This document shows, piece by piece, positions 26,118-34,298 of a stretch of DNA of 35,864 bases. The position numbers were made by a program, and so were the translations under genes. The stretch's first letter is position 1, and each line of letters starts with the position of its first letter. Source of the stretch: a virus; IMG/VR virus record IMGVR_UViG_3300005533_000001, positions 1-35,864 of that record. One strand, given 5' to 3'. Under the pieces are notes generated by a model. The model saw only the letters and a program-made list of their open reading frames with translations. It made no database searches and was not told where the DNA came from.

Positions 26118-26502
26118 ACTGGAGCAGAAGGTGGCCGGGGAATTTGGCCCGTACTTCAACTGCCTTGATATTTGGGGATACAACGACAGGCTGCGAGTGT
26201 GGAAGGCTCTTCTAGCGGCACGCGCCGAGATCGCACGGCTCTCTCAATCTTTGGCCGATGCCGCGAACGAAATCCACTGTGCTGGCCCGGTCGATCATCG
26301 TATCCGCGTTGTGCGTGCGGAGTGGTCGGAAGCGTTGGAGAAGAAAGAGGCCCGCGTCCGCGAACTGGAACTTGACCTCGCCGCCGTGCTGGTGGTGCTG
26401 CGGTCGAAATCGACAGACCAAGAGTGGGAAGGGATGCCGGTCGGATTTCGCGAGGCGTATGCGGCCAGTCAGGAGAAGAAAAATGCTATCACCGGGAACT
26501 GA
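26104..26502 (+). CDS. hypothetical coiled-coil protein
   Basis: 132 aa. 14-nt overlap with the upstream gene. Confidence 0.45.
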   Translation: MSSDELEQKVAGEFGPYFNCLDIWGYNDRLRVWKALLAARAEIARLSQSLADAANEIHCAGPVDHRIRVVRAEWSEALEKKEARVRELELDLAAVLVVLRSKSTDQEWEGMPVGFREAYAASQEKKNAITGN

Positions 26503-26890
26503 GCTTTACGCCATGTACCACACACTCTGGACGAAGGCCGTTGGCACTCAGGGCTACGACAAGAATGAGTGGGCAAAGTTTGGAGAGCTAATTAAGCAAG
26601 AGGCTGCGGCGACGGAGGCAGGGAAGCTGCGGGAGGCACTGACGCCAGTGGTTCCGCTGTTGGAGAAATTATTTCGCTGGCAAGAAGCCGGATTCAGCGT
26701 CGTTGCCACAGAGGATCGCAAGATTCTTGACACAGCGAAGGCGGCACTCGCACCCGCCAAGACTGCCGCTGCATCTCCGCACTCTTTTGTGTCGTATGCT
26801 GGCTCCAGATGCTGCTCTACGTGCGGCCACTATCTCGACCATGAACTGCACCAGAGCGCACCCGCCAAGACTGCCGAGGAGGGGAAATGA
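26484..26890 (+). CDS. hypothetical protein
   Basis: Start chosen at internal ATG 26484 (MLSPGTELYAMYHTLW) of the track ORF 26258..26890. Confidence 0.4.
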
Positions 26891-27150
26891 TCAACGGCAA
26901 TGCGATTCAAGACGAAGCGTTAGGTGCTGCGATACAAGGGGCAGCGCGAGACTTGCCGGAGGGATGGCAGATTCAAATCACGATAGAAAAGGGCGCAGGA
27001 TGGGCGCGACTATACAATTCCGAAGGAATCAGGGTTGACGATTTCGATAGTACCGATCTCGGTCTGCAAGAGTCGATTGTGCGCGGAATCGGGATGGCAG
27101 TGCGGGCGGCGGAGAAGACTGGAGGCAGCGAAAATGGCGAGAATAATTGA
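26887..27150 (+). CDS. hypothetical small protein
   Basis: 87 aa. ATGA overlap with the upstream gene. Confidence 0.45.
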   Translation: MINGNAIQDEALGAAIQGAARDLPEGWQIQITIEKGAGWARLYNSEGIRVDDFDSTDLGLQESIVRGIGMAVRAAEKTGGSENGENN

Positions 27151-27170
27151 TCCAATGACGCAGCAGGAAA

Positions 27171-27602
27171 TTGAGGTCGAGTGCGTTCCTTGCTTTGAAG
27201 AGGAGGGTAGCCGAGCGTGCGTTAGATTTGCACACCAAACTGAGCCAACGACTGAAATCAGAGTCGGCAGCGAAAGCCCGTGCGTTGACGGAAGCAGAAT
27301 TGGCGAACACGCCAGAGGGTAAGTTTCTAACACAGGTTGCACGCGAACTGGCGGAACAAGAGCCAGAGTCAATGTGCCCATCCTGCCACATGCTACCCGC
27401 AGCTATGATAATGCGTGTCTCGCAGGAAGCTATGCGACGTTGGGCAGACTCGGTGCGGCGGGAGACGCTGGAGGAAGCGGCCCAGATTGTCGAACGATGC
27501 TCGCTACCTTGTACTATGGCTGCGGAGAGAGACGAGACGCTTATACGTGCGAACATAGCGGCGGCGATACGCTCCCTCGCGGCAGAGAAGACGAAATTAT
27601 GA
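27171..27602 (+). CDS. hypothetical helical protein
   Basis: 143 aa with a TTG start. The short alternative ORF 27134..27322 in another frame cannot be excluded. Confidence 0.3.
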   Translation: MRSSAFLALKRRVAERALDLHTKLSQRLKSESAAKARALTEAELANTPEGKFLTQVARELAEQEPESMCPSCHMLPAAMIMRVSQEAMRRWADSVRRETLEEAAQIVERCSLPCTMAAERDETLIRANIAAAIRSLAAEKTKL

Positions 27603-27778
27603 TGAGTGAATCTCGTACTTGTAATTGGTACCGCTGCGATAAAGGCAAGCGGGATACTGCGGTCTATGAAGTAACCGGAGAACATATCGATGGCAAGACC
27701 GTAGATCGCCGCTATTGTGACGAGCACGCCGCCGCCTGCGAGAAGGCAGGCTTTACCGTTGCGCCAAAAAACCGATGA
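27599..27778 (+). CDS. small Cys-rich protein (59 aa)
   Basis: ATGATG start overlaps the upstream stop. Contains CNWYRCD...YCDEHAAAC. Confidence 0.4.
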   Translation: MMSESRTCNWYRCDKGKRDTAVYEVTGEHIDGKTVDRRYCDEHAAACEKAGFTVAPKNR

Positions 27779-28056
27779 GCGACCCGAAATTCAGGCCATC
27801 TGTGCAGCTTCGCTTCCGCAGCGCGGCGCAGTTCGCGCGCGTGAAGAAAGCCGCCGAAGACGAGGGCATTTCTACCAATGAATACATTGTCCGCCTGCTG
27901 GAACTTGAGGAGAATCCGCGCGTGGGGAAATCCATGACCGATCTGGCCAAAATCATCGAGCAACGCAGCCGCGATCACGATACCAAATCATGCAGGCTCT
28001 ATGGCTGTGGCACTTGCCGGGTGATGGGCGTGAAGGACGTGAGTCGCGGCCTATGA
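27775..28056 (+). CDS. ribbon-helix-helix (CopG/Arc-like) DNA-binding protein
   Basis: LRFRSAAQFARVKKAAEDEGISTNEYIVRLL fits the RHH beta-strand plus helix pattern. Confidence 0.5.
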   Translation: MSDPKFRPSVQLRFRSAAQFARVKKAAEDEGISTNEYIVRLLELEENPRVGKSMTDLAKIIEQRSRDHDTKSCRLYGCGTCRVMGVKDVSRGL

Positions 28057-28331
28057 TTATTACCCGCACCGATGTGTGCCAGTGCGACGAATGCGGGCAT
28101 CCGTGGCTATCGCGTTGCAAGGGCGGGGCGCTCCCCGCGCAATGTCCGCACTGTCACACGCGGCACTGGAATGATTCTGTAATACCATTACCGAGAAACA
28201 GGAGAACCAATGGCAAAATCAAAAGCCGCCAAATACAAAGTTCCCGCAGCGGGCCGCAAATTGTTGTTGCGGGTAAAGAAACATATCCTCGAAGAACCCA
28301 AGCGCCTGCGCATGGCCGAATGGATGCTTAG
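28053..28331 (+). CDS. small zinc-ribbon protein (CQCDECGH...CPHCH)
   Basis: ATGA overlap with the RHH gene. The 3' end overlaps the next gene by about 120 nt, so the true end is uncertain. Confidence 0.35.
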   Translation: MIITRTDVCQCDECGHPWLSRCKGGALPAQCPHCHTRHWNDSVIPLPRNRRTNGKIKSRQIQSSRSGPQIVVAGKETYPRRTQAPAHGRMDA

Positions 28332-28746
28332 CAAGGAATATTGCGCCAACATGGAGCCAATTTTCCAAACCGCTGGTACGGCTTGGGGAGAACCCCCGCG
28401 CAGAGGAATACAATGGCCATCGTGTGGTACAACCGGCTGTATTGCCGGATGGATGGAATTGCTCGCCAACGGTATGCCAGAGGGCGACGCAGACTTAATG
28501 GACAGGATGGATAGCGCTCAGGAATTCGCCTCCAAGGTGCTGGAATTTGATAAGCAGCCATGGGGCACATACACCGAACCGGGACTTTTCTTTGTGAGCG
28601 AGTGGCCATACAAATTTGCCGAGAGCTACTCGAAGGCCAAGACTCAGGCCAAGCGCGCCAAAATTGTGGCTGCCGTGATTGATGACTTCTTGGCCGACCC
28701 GGAGCCTTACCTCCCCGCACCAGAACCCGAGGAAGGCGATGACTAA
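28210..28746 (+). CDS. paralog B of the duplicated Cys-motif family (KHILEEPKRLRM ... CGTTGCIAGW ... LFFVSEWPY)
   Basis: 178 aa. CAGGAG RBS upstream. Clear protein and nucleotide similarity to 24497..24961. Confidence 0.55.
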   Translation: MAKSKAAKYKVPAAGRKLLLRVKKHILEEPKRLRMAEWMLSKEYCANMEPIFQTAGTAWGEPPRRGIQWPSCGTTGCIAGWMELLANGMPEGDADLMDRMDSAQEFASKVLEFDKQPWGTYTEPGLFFVSEWPYKFAESYSKAKTQAKRAKIVAAVIDDFLADPEPYLPAPEPEEGDD

Positions 28747-29050
28747 ATCAGAGCGCGGCCCCCATGGCGATCAAATCGCCGTGGAGTATGGCGAGGAACG
28801 CGAACAGGAATTGTGGGATCATCGCGCCGACCGGCTGGCGAAACTCATCCGCCTGAAAGCGCCGCGCATTATCATTGTCCACTCCACGCTGATCTTGCTG
28901 GCGCATCATGGCATGTGGGACGCCATTAAATTCTGGCTGAAGACCCACTATTGGAATCAATGGAAATATACCGCGTGGTACGCTTGGCATAAGCATATCC
29001 TGCGGCACACCGATAAAGAGATTGAAAATCTTATTCTGGAGGGCAAGTGA
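28739..29050 (+). CDS. hypothetical protein (Trp/His-rich C-terminus)
   Basis: 103 aa. GATGACTAA overlap with the upstream gene. Confidence 0.45.
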   Translation: MTKSERGPHGDQIAVEYGEEREQELWDHRADRLAKLIRLKAPRIIIVHSTLILLAHHGMWDAIKFWLKTHYWNQWKYTAWYAWHKHILRHTDKEIENLILEGK

Positions 29051-29556
29051 AAAGAACCATCGCGTTGAGTCTGTTTCTCCTACTGGCCAGCCTGACCGGC
29101 TTGGCACAATCCCAACCCGCGCGGCCTGCATGGTTGCACGATGCAGCAAGCGAAAACCCCACAGCTAAGTTGTATAACGTGGATGCGCTCTATGCTGATC
29201 TGATCGAACCGGGTGGGGCCATTATGGCCGTCGCGGATTTCCCAACTCCGCCGCGAACCATTTCGCAGCATTCGGTTACCTTGGCGTGCTCTCCGCCTAC
29301 CAGCGGCGGCACCGTTACCGGCTATAACTTCCTGCGTGCCACAACCAGCGGCGGCCCCTATACTCTGCTGACTCCGGGCACGGCAAGCACCTGCAATTAC
29401 GTGGACACGCAAAGTTTGGTTGAAGGCACCACCTATTACTATGTGGCACAGGCAACCGGCCCCGGAGGTACAAGTGGCAACTCGAATCAAGCGAGCGCCA
29501 CGGTGCCGTTTCTGCCTCCGGGGGTACCATCGGGTCTGTCGGCCAATCCACTCTAA
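29047..29556 (+). CDS. secreted fibronectin-type-III-like domain protein
   Basis: The N-terminal signal peptide MKRTIALSLFLLLASLTGLAQSQ has an AxA-like cleavage site. An FN3-like segment follows (...YNFLRATTSGGPYTLLTP...TTYYYVAQA). Confidence 0.55.
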   Translation: MKRTIALSLFLLLASLTGLAQSQPARPAWLHDAASENPTAKLYNVDALYADLIEPGGAIMAVADFPTPPRTISQHSVTLACSPPTSGGTVTGYNFLRATTSGGPYTLLTPGTASTCNYVDTQSLVEGTTYYYVAQATGPGGTSGNSNQASATVPFLPPGVPSGLSANPL

Positions 29557-29565
29557 CAACTGTAA

Positions 29566-29841
29566 GTGCGTAAAGAATTGAAATGGGACTTGCAGGCCGA
29601 ATTAACAATCAGCCGTGGCCGGAAGGTCTACTTCCGGCTCACGCGCTGGTTTCCCTTTTCATGGATCAATCGAAGACACCGAGATAAAATCAACTCCTGC
29701 CTGCGCAAGATTCGCTACAAGAGTGAAGCCCATGCGGTAAACTGTGCATGGGAAAAAAAGAAGGGCCGCGTTGGTGCATACCAATGCGAATGCTGCGAGG
29801 GTTGGCATCTATACACCGTAAAACCAACTAAGCCACAATGA
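29566..29841 (+). CDS. small Cys-rich protein (CAW...CECCEGWH)
   Basis: 91 aa with a GTG start. Confidence 0.4.
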   Translation: MRKELKWDLQAELTISRGRKVYFRLTRWFPFSWINRRHRDKINSCLRKIRYKSEAHAVNCAWEKKKGRVGAYQCECCEGWHLYTVKPTKPQ

Positions 29842-30076
29842 CGGGGTGCGGCGCTTGAACGAAAAAACGGCAATCGGCGAATACGAGAAATTCCACCGGA
29901 ATGGCACAACCGCATCCATCAGCTTTTTGGAGTGGCTGAAACGCGAGCAGATCAAGATCGTGGACATAGACGACAAGGCGCAGTTTTGGATTAAGCCGAA
30001 CTGATATTCTCTTTTCATTCGCCTCCCTGTACAATCCTGAAAGCGGCGCAAGCCGTAATCTAATTTCAGGAGAAGT

Positions 30077-30223
30077 ATGAGTTTCAAATCCGTCCAGAAG
30101 TCCATTGCAAAGAAAGAAGGCGTTTCCAAAAAGAGCGCCGGGGCCATTCTGGCCAATTCGAGCCGCAACGCATCAGCCAAGGCCAAGAAGAAAAATCCCA
30201 AACTGAATCGCGTGAAGGGATAA
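30077..30223 (+). CDS. small Lys-rich basic protein (48 aa)
   Basis: ATG at 30077 lies 6 nt after an AGGAGA RBS. The ORF is absent from the 60-aa track. Confidence 0.4.
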   Translation: MSFKSVQKSIAKKEGVSKKSAGAILANSSRNASAKAKKKNPKLNRVKG

Positions 30224-30227
30224 TACT

Positions 30228-30506
30228 ATGTGTCCTGCCTGCGCCGGTCGCGGTGAAGTATCAGTCGGCATTACTACCGATGTGGTTGAGTATGGCCCCG
30301 AGGTAGAAGGCTACGACTGGCGCGGCAATATTATCCGGCAACGCGCCGCCTATCCCACCAAATGTACGTTGAATCCTGCCGCCTATGACAAACGCGCGAA
30401 GTGTGTGTGGTTTCTGGATGAGCCATACAATCTTTGGGGTAATGCGGTGTGCGCCGTTTGTCATGGTACCGGGGAATGTGGAAGCAACGCGACGCAATTG
30501 AGTTGA
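30228..30506 (+). CDS. zinc-finger protein (CPAC...C...CAVCHGTGEC)
   Basis: 92 aa. Confidence 0.45.
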   Translation: MCPACAGRGEVSVGITTDVVEYGPEVEGYDWRGNIIRQRAAYPTKCTLNPAAYDKRAKCVWFLDEPYNLWGNAVCAVCHGTGECGSNATQLS

Positions 30507-30733
30507 TGCAGCAGTACAAAGATGTAACCCCCTGCGCCGACTGTGGGGGGCACTACCGCTACTACCAGAAAGAATTTGACCATCCCCCCGGAACCAAGGT
30601 CTATAACTTAGGCACCCACGGTAGAAAACTTACCGAAATAATGCTTAGGATCGAAATGGCTAAATGCGACGTGGTTTGTAAAAACTGCCACGCCGAACGT
30701 ACCCACAAAAGGCAAACCCAAAAACGCAAATGA
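30449..30733 (+). CDS. HNH endonuclease
   Basis: CADCGG...FDHPPGTKVYNLGT...CKNCHAERTHK matches the HNH motif (C..C, DH, N, C..CH). An ATG at 30505 is an alternative start with an ATGA overlap. Confidence 0.6.
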   Translation: MRRLSWYRGMWKQRDAIELMQQYKDVTPCADCGGHYRYYQKEFDHPPGTKVYNLGTHGRKLTEIMLRIEMAKCDVVCKNCHAERTHKRQTQKRK

Positions 30734-30966
30734 AACGTCTATCCGCTGGAAGTTGTACCGATGCACTCATGGAGGCGCTTGAACATGTAGAGGACATGCA
30801 GCACGTGGTTGTCCTCTTTGAGCCGGTTGAAGGTCACCCCGGTGGTTTCTTTACTGACGGCCAGTACACCGCCGCCGAATCGTTGTGGCTCGCGACCCGG
30901 TTTATTTCTTTCCTCACTCGCCACCCTTGCGCCTGTGAAGTCGATGAAGACGGAGATGGCGCATGA
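30730..30966 (+). CDS. hypothetical acidic protein
   Basis: 78 aa. ATGA overlap with the upstream gene. Confidence 0.4.
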   Translation: MKRLSAGSCTDALMEALEHVEDMQHVVVLFEPVEGHPGGFFTDGQYTAAESLWLATRFISFLTRHPCACEVDEDGDGA

Positions 30967-31163
30967 GTGTAGTGGTTGTCATCGTTCTTGACTCGGCAGA
31001 GCGCTTTACTACCAGCCATGAGTTCTTTGTTTCGCGCAGCCGATTCGGTTATACAATTTTGAGCGTCGAGGCTTTTCGCCAATTACCGGAGGAAGCGCTT
31101 GCGTCACTGGTTCCACTTACCATTCCCCGGATGGCACTCGATCAACGGGGAGGCAACGCATGA
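30963..31163 (+). CDS. hypothetical small protein
   Basis: 66 aa. ATGA overlap with the upstream gene. Confidence 0.4.
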   Translation: MSVVVVIVLDSAERFTTSHEFFVSRSRFGYTILSVEAFRQLPEEALASLVPLTIPRMALDQRGGNA

Positions 31164-31537
31164 ACGAACAGCAGACCAATGTACTTGTGCCACCAGTAGT
31201 GCCAGAACCTACGCCGGAGGAAGCGGGCGCGATTGTGGTTGTGCCATCTGCGGAGGTAGATGAACTGCGTGAAGAAATTCGGGCGCTGCGCGCCAAGATA
31301 GCCGAGTTCCACTATCAACCAGCGGTAGGTGACAAACTTAACCTAATTGGCTTGCGCGATACCCTGCTGGCGCTGCGCGATGCGACTTACTGCCCGCTTT
31401 GCCATTATCCCGAATGGGCGTCCGACCGCGCCACTCATTACCTTGAACCTTCGCCATGCAAGCTGGGCGTATATACTGAAGCCCTGCTGAAGATCGCACC
31501 CAAAGAAGGAGCCTCGGTCAAATGGCGCAAGGGCTAA
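31160..31537 (+). CDS. hypothetical protein (Pro-rich N-terminus, coiled coil, CPLCH)
   Basis: 125 aa. ATGA overlap with the upstream gene. Confidence 0.45.
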   Translation: MNEQQTNVLVPPVVPEPTPEEAGAIVVVPSAEVDELREEIRALRAKIAEFHYQPAVGDKLNLIGLRDTLLALRDATYCPLCHYPEWASDRATHYLEPSPCKLGVYTEALLKIAPKEGASVKWRKG

Positions 31538-31584
31538 GGCAACTCCCCTAAACTAACTTTCGTCGCGATTCATTCGCCCCGGAG

Positions 31585-31866
31585 TTGCCCATGCAAGAGA
31601 CTACTTTTAGCGGCCCGCACGTATTAGGGTCGCTGGCTTTTGCCATCTTATTCACCCGCGAAGTATTCGATTTTGTATCCCGCATGAAAGGCGGGAAGAA
31701 TGGCAAAAATGGCAATGGCCACGCCGGGTCACAGTCAGTCGATTATTGGAGAAACGAATTCCGCGCCGCCATTCGCGAGGAAGCCGCCACGCAGGAAGAG
31801 ATGCTGAAAGATATCCGCGATGGCGTAAATGAATTAGTGATTCTGGAGCGCAGGCGACAGTCGTGA
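31585..31866 (+). CDS. small membrane protein (N-terminal TM, charged C-terminus); holin-like topology
   Basis: 93 aa. Hydrophobic stretch GSLAFAILF, then a Lys/Gly-rich segment and a charged helix. Confidence 0.45.
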   Translation: MPMQETTFSGPHVLGSLAFAILFTREVFDFVSRMKGGKNGKNGNGHAGSQSVDYWRNEFRAAIREEAATQEEMLKDIRDGVNELVILERRRQS

Positions 31867-31873
31867 CCATTTA

Positions 31874-32209
31874 ATGGACACAAATCGCCCCAGATGCACT
31901 ATAATCGGGGCGATGCCTAAGCCGCTATTACTGGACGGCAAGCCATTGACGCAGGAGAGGCGTGCGGGGCCAGCTTTGAATCGAGTAATCGCCTTTCTTG
32001 AAACCCTATCCGACAATGAAGTGGTCACCTTGGCTGAGTTTGAGCAATACCACCTAATGAGCCGTGAGCGCATTAAGTCGGCGGCCAAGCACCATCCAGC
32101 CCTTGCCCCCTATAGTTATCTGGTTCCACGTGGTAGCGGTGGTGGTTATTACATTTTGGGCAGCAAGAAAGCAATTGCCGCTGCCAAAAGGGTGTTCTCT
32201 AAAATTTGA
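31874..32209 (+). CDS. hypothetical protein (possible wHTH)
   Basis: 111 aa. Confidence 0.45.
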   Translation: MDTNRPRCTIIGAMPKPLLLDGKPLTQERRAGPALNRVIAFLETLSDNEVVTLAEFEQYHLMSRERIKSAAKHHPALAPYSYLVPRGSGGGYYILGSKKAIAAAKRVFSKI

Positions 32210-33246
32210 AAATTGCCGATCTGGCCGCAAAGACCAAAGCAGCAGAGAATGAACAGATTGAACATCTCCGGGCTAAGAGCGCCGAACTAGATAAAGAAGT
32301 TCGCCGCCTTCGCCAAATCATTGGTGAGCAACGCGAGATAGCTACCGGCCTCGTTGCCGCCGTGAAGGCCACCGATCCCTTCCCGCGAATCGCGTGGAAG
32401 TCTCCCGCCAAGTCCGGCAAGCCCATCATCCCGGTGTTGAAATTGAGCGATCTACACATCGGTGAAGTTATCAGGAAGGATGAGACTGAAGGCTTTGGCG
32501 CGTTCAATTGGGACATTGCGCAAGAGCGTGCTGCCTACATTGTGAATAGCTTTCTGCGCTGGGTTGAGACGCAGCGATATGGTTACCGCATTGATGAGTG
32601 CTGCATTTTTGGCGAGGGCGATTACATCTCCGGCGACATTCACCGCGAGTTGTCTGTGACCGCCGAGTTTCCCGTGCCGGTGCAGACCGCTAAGGCTGGC
32701 TTGTTAATTGGCCATCTCATTTCGCTGATCGCCCCGCATTTCGCTAAGGTTACATTCCACCAAGTTGGTGCCGATAACCACAGCAGGCTCAATCCAAAGC
32801 CGCAATTCAAACAGAAAGCACAGAACAGCTACAGCTATTTGGTGCATACCATCGCCGCACAGGCGTTGGCGAACCACAAAAATGTTGAAATTGTAACCGC
32901 GACCGGAATCAAACATCTGGCCAGCGTCAATGGTTTTCGTTTCCTGATTGAGCATGGCGACACCGTGAAAGCCTTCATGGGCATTCCATGGTATGGGCTT
33001 GAGCGGTCGCGCGCGAGAGAGGCGACGCGGCGCATGAATACCGACAAGGGGTTTCACTATATGAGCATTGCCCACTGGCACGTGCCATGCCTGATTGGCA
33101 ATAGCATTGTAGTCAACGGCTCATTATGCGGAACCAATGAATTCGATCATGGGTGCGGCAGATATGCTGCCCCGGCGCAGGTTGCATTCATGGTTCACCC
33201 GGAGCACGGAATGTTCGGCTTGACCCCGTTTCGCACAGAAATTTGA
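32206..33246 (+). CDS. calcineurin-like metallophosphoesterase with N-terminal coiled coil
   Basis: Metallophosphatase motifs appear in order: DLHIG (DxH), GEGDYISGD (GDxxD), ADNHSR (GNH-like), EHGD, HWHV (GHxH-like). The start is a TTG that overlaps the upstream stop. Confidence 0.5.
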   Translation: MKIADLAAKTKAAENEQIEHLRAKSAELDKEVRRLRQIIGEQREIATGLVAAVKATDPFPRIAWKSPAKSGKPIIPVLKLSDLHIGEVIRKDETEGFGAFNWDIAQERAAYIVNSFLRWVETQRYGYRIDECCIFGEGDYISGDIHRELSVTAEFPVPVQTAKAGLLIGHLISLIAPHFAKVTFHQVGADNHSRLNPKPQFKQKAQNSYSYLVHTIAAQALANHKNVEIVTATGIKHLASVNGFRFLIEHGDTVKAFMGIPWYGLERSRAREATRRMNTDKGFHYMSIAHWHVPCLIGNSIVVNGSLCGTNEFDHGCGRYAAPAQVAFMVHPEHGMFGLTPFRTEI

Positions 33247-33396
33247 ACTTTTTTCACAACCAAATCAACCAGATGCAATTACAATGTTGACAGTAAGGCA
33301 GTAGGCCATGGCAGCATTAGGTAGTGGGGACTATCGTATGTTGCCATGGCTGATTGATTGTGATGACGCATTTGAGTTCTTTCTGGACATTGCCCA

Positions 33397-33699
33397 ATGG
33401 AAAAGAAACCAGACGCAAAATTTGAGCAAGGCTCAACCCGCTCCCACCACGCACCACGGTACGAACTACTCCCAAAAGCCGCGATTGACCGACTGGTAAA
33501 GCGGCTCGAAATAGGCGCTGAAATTCACGGCGACCACAATTGGCGCGGCGGCGGCCCAGAGTTCATTGCCGAAACCAAGCGTCACCTTGTTGCTCACGTT
33601 CTCAACTTTAGCGAGGGCGATACCAGCGACGATCACCTGTCGGCCATCCTATGCAATGCCGCCTTCCTAGCCCACTTTGAGGCTCAAAAGAAGCCGTGA
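33397..33699 (+). CDS. small all-alpha NTP-pyrophosphohydrolase-like protein (MazG/DUF550-like, tentative)
   Basis: LEIGAEIHGDHNWRGG resembles a G..KYG..NW motif, and DDHLSAILCNAAFL resembles a MazG-like helix. There is no good RBS. A competing ORF 33308..33499 lies in another frame. Confidence 0.4.
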   Translation: MEKKPDAKFEQGSTRSHHAPRYELLPKAAIDRLVKRLEIGAEIHGDHNWRGGGPEFIAETKRHLVAHVLNFSEGDTSDDHLSAILCNAAFLAHFEAQKKP

Positions 33700-34298
33700 C
33701 ATCCACCATTCAGGTTTACTCAGGCGGACTAATTGACCCGCTGCGGCCCAACCCGAGTGATATCCACATAGAAGACCTAGCGCATGCCCTGTCCAATATC
33801 TGCCGATTCACCGGCCACACTTCCAGCTTCTACAGCGTAGCCGAGCACGCTGTCCGCGTCAGTGCGATCTGTCCGCCAAAAGATCAGTTCTGGGGCTTGA
33901 ATCACGATGACAGTGAAGCCTATCTCTGCGATTTTGCGCGCCCCATCAAGCACCATCCACGCATGGCCATCTATCGCGAAGCCGAAGAACGATTGATGCG
34001 CGTCATCGCCAAACGCCTTAGCTTGGAAATGCCGATACCGGAAAGCGTGAAGCGCGCCGACACCATCCTGCTGATGACCGAATGCCGCGATCTGATGAAG
34101 CCGCTCCAGTGGGAGTGGAATAATGGCCTGCAACCATTGCAGGAAAGAATCGTTCCATGGCCACCACAAAAAGCCAAGGAAGCATTCTTGGCGCGCTTCT
34201 ATGAACTGGCCGCCGCGCAGTTGAGGAACGAAAGACGAAGTGAGCAACGATACGCTGATCGCCGCCGCAAAACTAAGAGCCAAACAACTGGCGCTTGA
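33696..34298 (+). CDS. HD-domain phosphohydrolase (YfbR-like 5'-deoxynucleotidase family)
   Basis: SVAEHAVRV (H), GLNHDDSEAY (HD) and a downstream CDF..P.KH fit the HD superfamily pattern. Confidence 0.6.
   Translation: MTSTIQVYSGGLIDPLRPNPSDIHIEDLAHALSNICRFTGHTSSFYSVAEHAVRVSAICPPKDQFWGLNHDDSEAYLCDFARPIKHHPRMAIYREAEERLMRVIAKRLSLEMPIPESVKRADTILLMTECRDLMKPLQWEWNNGLQPLQERIVPWPPQKAKEAFLARFYELAAAQLRNERRSEQRYADRRRKTKSQTTGA

Noticed and set aside
25479-26183. 234-aa minus-strand ORF, plus similar long antisense ORFs at 27029..27727, 28748..29149, 29080..29559, 33777..34355 and 34273..34767
   Set aside because: Each lies wholly antisense to a dense run of + strand genes that have RBSs and coupled starts. 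Their products have low-complexity Arg/Ser/Pro-rich composition, as expected for open antisense frames in high-GC DNA.
33308-33499. 63-aa ORF with good RBS overlapping the start of 33397..33699
   Set aside because: It is kept only as an alternative. The overlapping frame carries the conserved pyrophosphohydrolase-like motifs. Proteomics or ribosome profiling would decide between them.
32206-34298. Complete Z-genome (PurZ/MazZ/DatZ) or hypermodification pathway
   Set aside because: Only hydrolase-type genes are present. No PurZ-sized adenylosuccinate-synthetase-like ORF and no thymidylate-synthase- or dCMP-hydroxymethylase-like ORF exists in the window.
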